DNA from: Strigamia acuminata
Taxonomy: Eukaryota
Reading direction: 5' to 3'
Length of the DNA stretch: 64,000 nucleotides
Assembly (NCBI GenBank): GCA_949358305.1
Contig: OX442314.1
Coordinates: forward strand, 11,222,001-11,286,000
The number at the start of each line of letters is the position of its first letter. The stretch's first letter is position 1. Made by a program: the position numbers and the translations under genes. The notes under the pieces are model-generated. The model had not been told where the DNA came from and did no database searches. It saw only the letters and a list, made by a program, of their open reading frames with translations. Shown piece after piece: positions 38,010 to 48,800 of the stretch.

Positions 38010-38207
38010 GACTACCATAGAATTGCATTTTGACTACCATAGAATTGCATTTTGACTACCATAGAATTGCATTTTGACTACCATAGAATTGCATTTTGAC
38101 TATCATAGAATTGCATTTTGACTACCATAGAATTGCATTTTGACTACCATAGAATTGCATTTTGACTACCATAGAATTGCATTTTGACTACCATAGAATT
38201 ACATTTT
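38010..38207. repeat. 22-bp minisatellite (GACTACCATAGAATTGCATTTT)x9
   Basis: Direct tandem copies with no spacers. Confidence 0.95.
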
Positions 38208-38397
38208 ATCACTTCATTGACTACGATAATGACAATGTGACATTGTTGCACCATGCATCATCATGACACTACTGAAAATGTAGGTAAAACCACAGACCTA
38301 AATACACTAGACTGCGAACTGAGGGATTGTGGGTAAGAAGCGTATGTATACAGGAAGTAATACCAGTAGCGTAGCTGTCACTTCCTGTCAACGCTAA

Positions 38398-38559
38398 TGC
38401 TGGTGACACACGGCGCGTTTTGCGGCGCGAATCGCGTCGCCAAAATGGCGTCAGGTCGCATCTGATTGGTTGCGATCAAAATCGCCGACCAAAAAGTACA
38501 TGCACCAAGTACTTTCGCGACGCGATTCGCGTCGCAAAACGCGCCGTGTGTCACCAGCA
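38398..38559. mobile_element. PIF/Harbinger (Tourist-like) MITE
   Basis: ~50-bp near-perfect TIRs TGCTGGTGACACACGGCGCGTTTTGCG...; TAA TSD on both sides. Confidence 0.8.
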
Positions 38560-38843
38560 TAAGGCTGCCTGAAATCAGCATACAAGCAAAATTTCCAAAC
38601 GAAAATGACTCGAATTTTGATGAAAATGAATCTAATTTGAAAATGACTGAAATTTTGATGAAAATAACTCTAATTTGAAAATAACTGAATTTGAAAATGA
38701 CTAGAAATTAAATTAAATTTACGAATTTCAGTTGCTAATGACTCTAAATTATATTTCATTTACAAATTTAACCCGAAAATAACTCGAAATTTTATTAAAT
38801 TCACAAATCTAAGACGACAGGAAGTTGGAGCGGATCAGTGACG

Positions 38844-38978
38844 CAGTGCTGGACTGGCCCGGCGGGCTACCGAGAGTTTCCCGGTGGCCTGTAGCCGCTG
38901 TGGCCTGTCCCGACTTCAATAATTGTGGCCCGGACACCCAGATATCCCGGCAATAAATTTGGTCCCAGTCCAGCCCTG
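38844..38978. mobile_element. Small hAT-like MITE
   Basis: CAGTGCTGGACTGG ... CCAGTCCAGCCCTG termini; TSD degenerate. Confidence 0.45.
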
Positions 38979-39172
38979 CAATGCCTCCTCCACTCACAAG
39001 CTGGGCCCAATGTAAAGTTTGCAGTCTAGTGTATTTTAGGTCTGTGGTAAAACCTAAGTACAACCATTTTTTCTTACTTTTATTTTGAAATTGAATTATT
39101 ATTGATTTTAATGTTAATTTTAAAAGTGAATGTTAATTTTCTATAATGGAAAAATCAAGTCTTTAATTATCA

Positions 39173-39496
39173 TCAATAAATTCCCACAAAATTACTTAAA
39201 AACAAACAAATAGTATTATACCATAACTTAACATATCTAATGATTGCAAAAAGCAAAAAGTTTAGAGCTATGTACGGATTTGCTCCTTTCATCACTTCGT
39301 CTTCAATTTGATGCCATTCCCTGGATTTTCGAATTTTCTTTGTTCCAAAGAAATTGGTTATTTTCAATTTAACCGTATCTTTTCGCCAAAATGAAATTGC
39401 GACAGCTAATACAGAGATTTTCTGCAAACTGGGACAGGATTTTGCGTTTTGCAGATTTTCTTGAAGGCGGTCGTACATTATTGTTATTTTGTCCAT
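39173..39496 (-). pseudogene. Family copy 2, internally deleted pseudogene
   Basis: The first ~73 codons match the family (…EDEVMKGAN). They are then joined out of frame to the family C-terminus (SKLFAFCNH* in another frame, ~39235-39264), so ~1.2 kb is missing. Confidence 0.85.
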
Positions 39497-40549
39497 TTCT
39501 GTGGAAAAAAATTGAAAAAAATTGAAAAAAAATTATTACATACGGTATGGTAATATCAAAACACAACTGAATTAAATAGAGAAGGAATTTCCTTTCTTCC
39601 AATAGAATTCTGCTATGAAATGTAACTATTTATACAAATCAGAATAACTATCATTTACAAATACGAAGAACGTCGACGTACCACTTACTTGCTCGCATTG
39701 TTAGCTTGGCCGCCACTCCTCGCGTGAGCAGCAACCGAAGAAAATAAATATTTGGTTTACCGATAGATGGCGATGTGTTCAACTTAAAGTAAAATTATTT
39801 TATGTTTCTGCTTTATTCGAGACACTTTTTTTTAACTTTTTCGTTTTTTTAAATATATATTTTCTGGTTTTTGCTATTGAGGTTTTTTCAGTGGATTTAT
39901 TTACAGTCCTTTAAGTTTTCAGTTCTTTCCAACACATCCCAGCACTGTTCTGAATTCGCAACTGTGCTAGAATTGGCACGATCTGCAGAGAATGCAGACC
40001 TGGAAAACTGAAAAACAGTAGCGCCATCTATGTTACCAAATTGCTATTAATTAGGAGTTAAAATTTCTGTGAATGGTGATTATGCTTTGGAAAAATCCCG
40101 ATTTATTGCCCCTGAAAGGAAGTTCCAAGAAATTTGCTCAGCGTTTTGCACGGTGGGCGATATATCAATCACGTTTTTTTGGACTCCCAGTTCAGTTTCA
40201 AACATACCATAGGTTTTGTGCGTGGGAAATAAATTCTTATACGTTTTTCGGATCTCTATTTCAGATGAAATAGGTTTTGCACGTGGGCCGTAAATTTGGA
40301 TATTCGCACTTTGGAAGTGACTCGGTTTATCGCCCATGAACACGAGATGAGGGCAGATGGGCTACGGCCCCGGGTGCACCAAGCAATGGGATGCTGAAGG
40401 CGCCAGTAATTATAAAATTTCTGTGATTCTTTCTTGCTCCCAACGATTCTTCGATAATGCGCTCATTCGAATACATCACACATTGGGGAAAAAAATGCCA
40501 ACTTTACTGCAACATTAATACCAGCAGAATGAGTACAACAATGCGATTT

Positions 40550-41117
40550 TTAAAGGCTTTTATTTAACTTGACTTGAACGTTTGTTTGTGTCAACGTCCG
40601 GTCACGTGACCTGTAATGTTTCAACTTCCGGTACTTCCGGTTTGTGTAATTTCTCAAAAAAAATGAATTAAAAAATTAATCAGACGATTGGAAAGTAGAC
40701 TTTTCTGGTGCAGTTTTTTGTCTACTTTCCAATTTTCATGATAAAATTTGTATTAAAAGTAGTTAAAAGGGAGGAAAAGCTAAATTACGGCGAAATGTAA
40801 CAAAAAACAGCGCCACCTGGCGGATCCCGTGTCTTTTAATGGATGCCAAAATGTTCGCCGATACTAATTTTGATGTTTTCGATACTAAAAAAGGTTCTAA
40901 AAATTCTGAAACCAGGCTAAACCTGGTAAAAACAAAAATTCTTATCTGCCCATATATTTTGTTTTTTAATATTATTTAGAAAAGTACTTTGTTGAAGGTT
41001 TTTTGGCACGATCACGGCAATCACGAAACAATCTGCAATAGTAGCGCACTCTGACGGCGATTTGAACACCAATATAAAAGCCTTTTTCAAAAACTTGGTT
41101 TTTTATATTTACTTGTT
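40550..41117. mobile_element. Helentron-associated/DINE-1-like non-autonomous insertion
   Basis: Absent from the paralogous flank at ~35296. Subterminal inverted repeat AAGGCTTTTAT ... ATAAAAGCCTT, short 3' hairpin (AAAAACT..GGTTTTTT), T-rich ends and no clear TSD. Confidence 0.55.
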
Positions 41118-41413
41118 ATTCTTACGCATCGGTGCTCGTTTAAGAACAAACGTAGCAAATGAATTAAAGGTCCAAATCAACTCACAATTTTGTTCGGAAA
41201 CTATCAACAAATTGAAATTTCAATTAAATAAAAAATGAAAAATTGTGAAATTGGCTACCCCCTCAAGTACAACCACTTTGCCCTTTACGATGCAATTTAT
41301 TACGGAGTATTTATTTAAATGCCACTGTTCATGATGAATGTTAATTTTCTGCAACAATACAAGTATAATGGTCAAATCAATTTTTAAAAAAAAAATTATA
41401 TTCATCAATAAAC

Positions 41414-42036
41414 TGTGACCGGCTGCCCGCTCAGTCCGCTCACTTGCCTGCAACACACGGCGCTTCCACGGCTCTCGCGCACCTCGTGTGTTTCTCGCGC
41501 GCACCTGTTGCGGACCCCCGCACCAGGTGGAGCTGACGGTCGTTGGCCCGGCCAATTGGGAACCGGAAGTGCCCCTTCCGGAAGTGGTGGGCCCGGCAGA
41601 GGCCCAAGAGAGTTCTCTAACTTCCAGCATGGCGAACGGTCGCTTCCACGATCGCTCTTCCACGCTGGCGGCAATGACGAATCCAGTTGGCGTAGCGACT
41701 CTGTCGCCCGCCGGGACTTGATAGTCCACGTTCCCCATGTCCGTCCTGCGTTCTCCGTGAACGTAGCGGCGACATGGCTAAACGGTATTCCGACCACGTG
41801 TGTCATGGCGGCCATTGGCCGCCGTGCCACGCGGTCTTGTTAGGGACGGCTGTTCGCAGCCGTCGCATTGGGAAATGCACTGGGAGACACCACATCATAC
41901 CCCTAGACATCAATAAAGCTTACCTTAAACTAAACTTGTGTCTCTTGTGTATTTCGGAGTGAATTCTATCGTGTGTGTTGTGTCCAGCGCCTCGTGGCTC
42001 TCCCCCGACCACGTGGCGACCGTCCAAACACTCACA
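41414..42036 (+). repeat. 5' LTR of element 1
   Basis: TGTGACC...CTCACA; GC-rich U3 with two CCGGAAGT motifs; AATAAA near 41912. Confidence 0.95.
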
Positions 42037-42038
42037 AT

Positions 42039-42056
42039 TGTGGGCCCGTCCTGGAT
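42039..42056 (+). promoter_or_regulatory. Primer-binding site, tRNA-Pro-like
   Basis: TGTGGGCCCGTCCTGGAT matches 15/18 positions of the tRNA-Pro PBS TGGGGGCTCGTCCGGGAT and is followed by TTGAAC. Confidence 0.65.
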
Positions 42057-44275
42057 CTTGAACTCTTTGCGATTTTTTTTCTATTTTCTGGTTGAGTTAA
42101 TAACTCAACATTGAATGAATTTTTCCGATCAAAAAGGGGGAAATTTCTGTGGTCATGGTTGTGATAGGGAATCAGCAGGCGAAACGGCCGCTAATCGCTG
42201 ATTTTGGACCCTAACTTGACAAAAATTGGTGGCTGTGCATGTCCAGCTTGCCTGGGTACTGGCAAGCCGGGACTTACATTGGCCACACTTTCCAACGGTC
42301 TTCTATTCCTTTCTAGCTTAGCCTAAAAAACTGAGTGGTTGGGAGGGGAATATAATTCCAAACCTTCTTTATTATTTTTATTTCTTGGTGCGCAGCCCAA
42401 GTAAAAGTAATGGAACAGTCTGCAGCGTATTCAAACTCGATTAGTGGAGGAGGCGCCGCTGGTGGCCACCAGCAACCCAATTCCCACGGGGGAGAAGCGG
42501 TCATATTCTAATTGCCACGCTGCAATCGCTGGTTCCATTATGGGCCGGGCGAGGAGGCGATGTTGAACTGAGCTTTGAGTGACACCAAACTTCTTGTAGG
42601 ACGTTTAGTCGCTTGGATGCAGGTTGCTAGCTTAGTGGTCGCTGGCGCGGGAACAGTCACGTGCGGTGAGTTGGCGTGTAGTTGGACCCGAGTAGCAGCG
42701 AAGTGTCCGCACACATGGGAAGACTGCCTTGATTTTTGTTGTGGCTCATAATTTATGGGTTGCGTTGTGGCTGCTCGAGGCGCTCATCCGGGTTCACATC
42801 GGTCATAATCCTACCCTGTCCCGTGTACTGGTTGGAAACAGTTGCAAGTTGGATACAACCCTAGAACTGTGGAAAATTGGGACACGGACAGCAGGGAGAG
42901 CTGCCGGAGGTACGGGGAAACCAATGGTGAAGTGCTCAACTGACACAGAGAGTTCGTTAGGGCGTAGGAACGATATCTGTGCATTCAGGTAGCTACCAAC
43001 TTTGAAAAGAGATTGGGAATCTAGCCTGTAACTTTTGCTTCTGAATTTTATTCACCTTCATTGGATTTTCAAGTTGTTTCAGCTTGTTTTCGAGGACTGT
43101 GCTCGAACCACAGTTTTGGACAATCTCTACAATTTGGAAGTTTGTTTTTATTTTACAACCTTTTTTGTTTTTTCACTTTATCTTCGATTTTTTTTCCCTA
43201 TCTATGATTTTCATGGTTCTTTGGGACGCCACACCGGACAGTAGACATCGTTGTAACTGAATACACGTGTTTCATGACCTGGAGGTAGACAGCACCAAAT
43301 AGAAGGTGACATGGCTTTAAGTTGGCAGCTGAAGGGTGGGCCCCCAAAGCAACTAGGGACAGGAGATGCATTTCCTTCTTACTTTAAGTGCAGCTGACTG
43401 TCCCACAAAAAACACCATTTCATTGGGATGAACAGACATCTCAGTGTAGGCACGTTTCTGTCGAAAGGCAGCCTCGTGCAGACTGGAATGAGTCTCCGAA
43501 AGGGGTGAGCGGGCGCGTTTGTTGGTCTCTTGGGGCAGAAGAAGAGATTGCAACAATATCCCCGTAATGTAAATATCTGAAAAAACCTTCTGCTAAAAAT
43601 TGGAACTTTTTGAGTGTATTTTATATTAAAAACACCCAGTATTTTGTGATTTTTTATTCATTTTCTTGTCTTTCTTCTCTGTTTTTCAATGTTGCTGTGC
43701 AATAAAGAAACGGTTTTGTCTGCGCGCTAGCGCGGTTAGCTTTCTATTGTTGGAAACGACGATGGAAATCTCTGGTTTGAAAATTTAGAAGTTCTTTGGA
43801 CACGATTTCGTACCTTTTTTGGGCACAAAAGTCATGTTCTCATGGAATCAGACCATTTTGATCTGGTTCTGAACTTCTAGTTCCAAACCGAAAAATCACT
43901 ATTGTTTTTTCAAAAAGTGTTGTTTTTTCTGCAGAAATGTAGGAATTGGAACATTAAAACGGTCGAAATTTTGTTTTTATTTAAAAATCAAACATGGCGA
44001 CTGGAAAGACAATAGAAAAACATGTGGAAATCTCGGAATTTTCGAGAATGATTGGAATTTCAAATTTCGACATTTTCTTGGAACTCTGGGAAATCAATTC
44101 TATGAATTAATCCAAATTTTCTACCAATGGGAAACCAGGGGGGGGAAGTGACATCACTAATCCCTCTCTCAGAAATGGCTACTTGAGCCTAATCTCCTGT
44201 CTCCTCATTGGTCGTGACTTAATTCCACTTGTTCACTTTGCAAGCTGCGGTCCTGCTTTTGGTCACATTGTGTCA

Positions 44276-45877
44276 ATGCCAGCGACCAGAACTGGTAAGA
44301 CCACGTGGGACTCTCCTGCACCTAATTCTTCCACACCCGCAACGGATTCAGACTTGAACGACTCGGATAATAATTCGATTGCTTCTTCAAACGACAATAT
44401 GTCAGTCCCTAAAGTTAAATTGTTGGATCAAGCGATGCTTGAAACAACTTGCAACGTCTTTAATCTAGTTATTGATGATATGACGACCTACGAAGTGTGG
44501 GAAGACACGCTTCTGAAAGTAGCCGATCACTTGGTGGAACTCCAAGACAAATCGGATAGCACTATGCGTCAATTAACGCAAACGCGCACGGAATTCGGTG
44601 ATATTAGCGACCGGTTAACTCATGCTTTGCAGGAGTTAGACTCTGCGAAATTATCGAATGAAAGCTTGTTGAAGATGATAGCTAGTCAAAAGGCTATCGT
44701 CGACAGCGTGGTGGCGGCCGGACAGTCGAATTTGAGGGCACAATCTGCAATCTCAAACACGATTTCTTCCACCGCAACAACACCAGTTGCTGGAGCCGCT
44801 CCAGGCGCAACGCCTACGACTGGTAATCCACTTTTCCTAGCTTGGGGAGACAAGTTTCTCCACAAGACTGACCAGGCTATGCCTGCTCCCAGGCCAATGG
44901 ATGAAGTAGAGCTAAGTAAACGAGTCAAATCCATTGGAATTGAAGCGTTTGCAGGGGACAAGACGAAAGCTAAATCTTTCCTTATTGATTTAAAACGTTC
45001 TCTACGCTTTGCTTTGCCTTATCTAAACCAAGTGCTCGCTGAGCATTTGTTTAAGTTTTTCCGAGGAGATGCGGCCACATGGTTCTCTTCTCATGCCAAA
45101 ACGAATTGGGAGGAATTCGAACATGAATTTATCACCCATTTTCGTCCGAGCGATGCGCTGCTTTTAGCAGAAATTGCTAAAACACAGCAACTGTCTCATG
45201 AGTCCGCCACCCAAGTGGTGATAAGACTCGAGAAGTTATATGCTCAATTGACTATTCCTGTGCACGAGAGCCAGCAAATTCAAAAAGTGCTGGCAATTCT
45301 GCGCCCAGCGGCCAAGAACATGGTCGCAAATGCCATTAATTTGGAGAACACTTGGGCGTCGCTCAGGAAAGCTTGCATTGCTACGGAGGCCGCGATTATA
45401 AATCAGGAAACTGTGACAAATGCAGCAATCATCGAAGCGGCAAAAACAGAAACTGTTACGCCAATTCAAAAAACCAACCAGCAAATGGTAACAATACCAA
45501 ATGCTGCGGGTGGAGATAAACCGAAATTTGTTCCGTTTGGATTGAGAAATCCAAACAATAGAACACTGTTCCCTGCGCCTAAAAATGCTGCGATAGCAGC
45601 AACAAAGGCCGCAGAAGGCAACGAGAAGGCGCTAGTCCCGAGCAATAGGCTCAAAGACTATGCGACAAAACCAAGAGTTGGCGGTTGCTGGGGCTGCGGT
45701 GGCGCACACTTTGAACGGGATTGCCCCCTCAAGGTGGAAGCCGCCAAAGCAGCAATGGAAACAATCGCCGCTGCCCAACACAGCATGATGCAGGCTATGC
45801 TTGCAGCCAACGAGTTTGGTGGCTGGCCTGACATGTCGGGAAACGAGGAGTCGCAGTCGACAGAAACTCCCGAGTAA
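44276..45877 (+). CDS. gag: Gag (coiled coil, capsid-like region, CCHC knuckle)
   Basis: First ATG at 44276; retrotransposon capsid motif FFRGDAATWF...WEEFEHEFITHF; knuckle CWGCGGAHFERDC. Confidence 0.9.
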   Translation: MPATRTGKTTWDSPAPNSSTPATDSDLNDSDNNSIASSNDNMSVPKVKLLDQAMLETTCNVFNLVIDDMTTYEVWEDTLLKVADHLVELQDKSDSTMRQLTQTRTEFGDISDRLTHALQELDSAKLSNESLLKMIASQKAIVDSVVAAGQSNLRAQSAISNTISSTATTPVAGAAPGATPTTGNPLFLAWGDKFLHKTDQAMPAPRPMDEVELSKRVKSIGIEAFAGDKTKAKSFLIDLKRSLRFALPYLNQVLAEHLFKFFRGDAATWFSSHAKTNWEEFEHEFITHFRPSDALLLAEIAKTQQLSHESATQVVIRLEKLYAQLTIPVHESQQIQKVLAILRPAAKNMVANAINLENTWASLRKACIATEAAIINQETVTNAAIIEAAKTETVTPIQKTNQQMVTIPNAAGGDKPKFVPFGLRNPNNRTLFPAPKNAAIAATKAAEGNEKALVPSNRLKDYATKPRVGGCWGCGGAHFERDCPLKVEAAKAAMETIAAAQHSMMQAMLAANEFGGWPDMSGNEESQSTETPE

Positions 45878-48800
45878 CTGACGACTGCGCTCTTACTATT
45901 GTGTTGATTCCAATGGAAGAAGACATGGAGGATGCTCTATTTGATGACATTTCATCCACAGAACCAGATCCTCGCGTGGTTTTTTCCACAGAACCTGAAA
46001 TCGACCATGTAAACGTTGCATTGAAGACAGGAAAGAGTATTACTCCCCTGCCTTACATCAAGGCAACACTAAACGATTTAAAGGTCACCGCTCTGATGGA
46101 TACTGGGGCAACCCACAGGTACATCAGCGGGGGAATGCTTAAAAAGCTAAACCTCTTGCACTTTATGACTCCATTTTTAGAAAATCGAGTTGTATACACT
46201 GGCGATAGGCCAACACGTCCAATCGGGACAATCACGTTGCCACTTAAGTGGCGAGGTGGTGAGCTTCCGGTGACATTTACTGTTCTTCCATCAGCTTCCA
46301 AATTTATACTATTAGGTTGCTCTTGGATTATCGAAAATAAGATTGTTCTCAATCTAACAGAGCGAGAATATTTCCATATTGATTTTCCACATGACACATT
46401 TCCCTTCGACGACCCACCATCGCCTGAAGAACTTGGAAATGCAATAATGGATCGATGGGATGCTTTGGTTGCAGAATCAAAGTCACCTGTTATCTCTACG
46501 GCTGATTTAAGCCAGAAACTGCTAGCAAAAAGCAAATTGTTGCCAAGACAGAGATTTCAAATCTCAACTCTTGTAGAAAAATACAAACATGTGTTTAGTG
46601 ACAAAGCTGGCTGCCACCCCACGTTGGAACATCCAATTCCGACTGGAGATGCACCTTCATTTCGATGCAAAGATCGACCAATGAATCCCAAGAAAGCTGA
46701 GATTTATCGCGAATTGGTTGCTGAATTGCTGAGAGATGGTTGGGCTGAACCTTGCGAGGGGAGTTACAAAAACCCCCCCGTGATTGTAGCAAAGAAAGGT
46801 GGAGGTTACCGCCTCTGTATTGATTTTCGCTGGCTAAATAAGATCACAATTAAGGACGTCTATCAGATGCCCTCAATTTCTATGATTTTGGCCTGTTTAG
46901 GTGGGAAAAAGTTCTTTTCTACTCTTGATTTAACTAAAGGTTACTACCAAATAAAGCTTAAACCAAGTGATAAGAGGAAGACTGCCTTTTCTACCTCTGA
47001 TGGAACATACCAGTTTACTCGTATGCCTTTCGGACTGTGCAATGCACCCAGTGCGTTTCAGAGAATGATGGATCAAGTTCTTGGAACTGCACAACACAAG
47101 TGGGCACTCGCTTACCTCGATGATATTATCATTTTTAGCGACTCATTTGAGGAACACCTTCAACATCTAGATGACATATTGTCAAAACTAGATAAAAACA
47201 AACTGACAGCTAGTCCGTCAAAGTCATTTCTTTGCCCAGAAGAATTAAATTTTCTTGGTTTCACAATGTCAAATGGGAGCTATAGCCCAAACAACGACAA
47301 AGTGGAGGCAATTTTAAAATATCCAACCCCTTCCAGTATAAAGCAGCTTCAGCGTTTTATTGGAATGGTAGGTTTCTATGCTGCTCTAATTCCAAAATTG
47401 AGTATTACTCAAAAACCATTCTTTGCCCTTCTAAAGAAAGATACAAAATGGGAATGGTCTGAAGAATGCAATGTTGCCTTCGAATATTTGAAAAATCAAC
47501 TTGCAAAAGGAATTATGCTGCCTCTGCCTGATTTCGCACGCAACTTTACCATCCATACAGATGCTAGTGGCGGCGGGCTCGGAGCTGTCCTCATGCAGAT
47601 TGATGACCATGGTGCTTTAAGACCAGTTGCATACGCCAGCAGAACTCTGCAAGGCGCGGAAAACAACTACAGCACCACCGATTTGGAATGTTTAGCTGTG
47701 GTTTGGGCTGTTGATAAGTTCAAACCATACATTGAATATTCTGAATACCAAGTTGAGACTGACCATCACGCTCTGAGATTTCTCATGACAATAGAAAATC
47801 CAGCTGGAAGACTGGCTAGGTGGGCAATGAAATTGCAAAATGAAAATTTCACCATCAAGTACCGGAAAGGCACCGACAATCAAGTCGCAGATGCCTTATC
47901 CAGAGTCTCTCTTGATAATGGCAATCCATTAGAAGGAAAAGCAACTCTAACAGAGATTATAGAACCTGTTGCTCTAGCTTATCTCACAAATGAGATCGAT
48001 GACTCAATGTCATTCGAGAACATTATATTGCAGCAACGTGCAGATAAACATCTTTCAAAACTAATCGAATGGTTAGAATTGGATGATGGACAACCTCGAC
48101 CAGAACTTCCTAAGTTCTTGGAAGACAGGCAGTACGACTGCACACTCACTAGAAAAGGAATGCTTATTATTTATGCACCTTTTAAAACTGATTTCTTTGT
48201 AGAGGAAGAAGATTTGGGAATTGGATTTAAAATCTTTATTCCCCCGTCTCTGCAACTCGCAGCCCTCCAACTAATTCATGATCACCCAATGGCTGGTCAC
48301 GGAGGAGTTGAAGTAACTTTGGAGCGATTGAAAAGAATTTATTTCTGGCCAAATATGCAAAAAGAAGTTAAACTTCATGTAGCTAGCTGCAATCGCTGCC
48401 AACGTTGTAAACCGATTCAGAGGAAACCAAAAGGATTAATGGTCCCAACCTCTCCAAAAATTGGTCGTTTTGAGAAGATAGGAATTGACCTAATTGGTCC
48501 ACTGCCTAGAACTCCAAACAGAAATCGCTTCATTCTGGTTGTGGTGGATTATGCCACTGGCTGGATGGAAGCTACGCCGCTAAGATCTGCTAAAATGACT
48601 GCAATTGCACCAATTTTAAAACGATTTTTTAGCTGTCATGGGTGCCCTCGTTTCATGTTGAGCGATAATGGCCCCCAATTCATTTCTGACGTTTATCAGA
48701 CTCTCTGTGACGATGCTGGGGTTGTCCCAATAAAAACGACACCTTATCATCCCCAGACTAATCTGACTGAGCGTGTAAACAGAAATATCAAGATCATGCT

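Larger units (their letters stand above)
38291..39046. mobile_element. Non-autonomous TIR element (P-like termini CA...TG) with nested inserts
   Basis: TIRs CACAGACCTAAATACACTAGACTGC / GCAGTCTAGTGTATTTTAGGTCTGTG. Flanking direct repeat GTAAAAC; length is ambiguous (5, 7 or 9 bp) because its ends are palindromic. Confidence 0.7.

Noticed and set aside
38010..38207. Possible CRISPR array
   Set aside because: Head-to-tail 22-bp repeats with no spacers
41220..41962. Overlapping ORFs on both strands in the LTR (duplicated at 51464-52065)
   Set aside because: Expected from a GC-rich LTR; no recognisable motifs; duplication merely reflects LTR identity
42313..43556. Short ORFs in the element 1 leader as a hidden antisense gene
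   Set aside because: I could not join them into a convincing spliced reading frame; all frames close quickly
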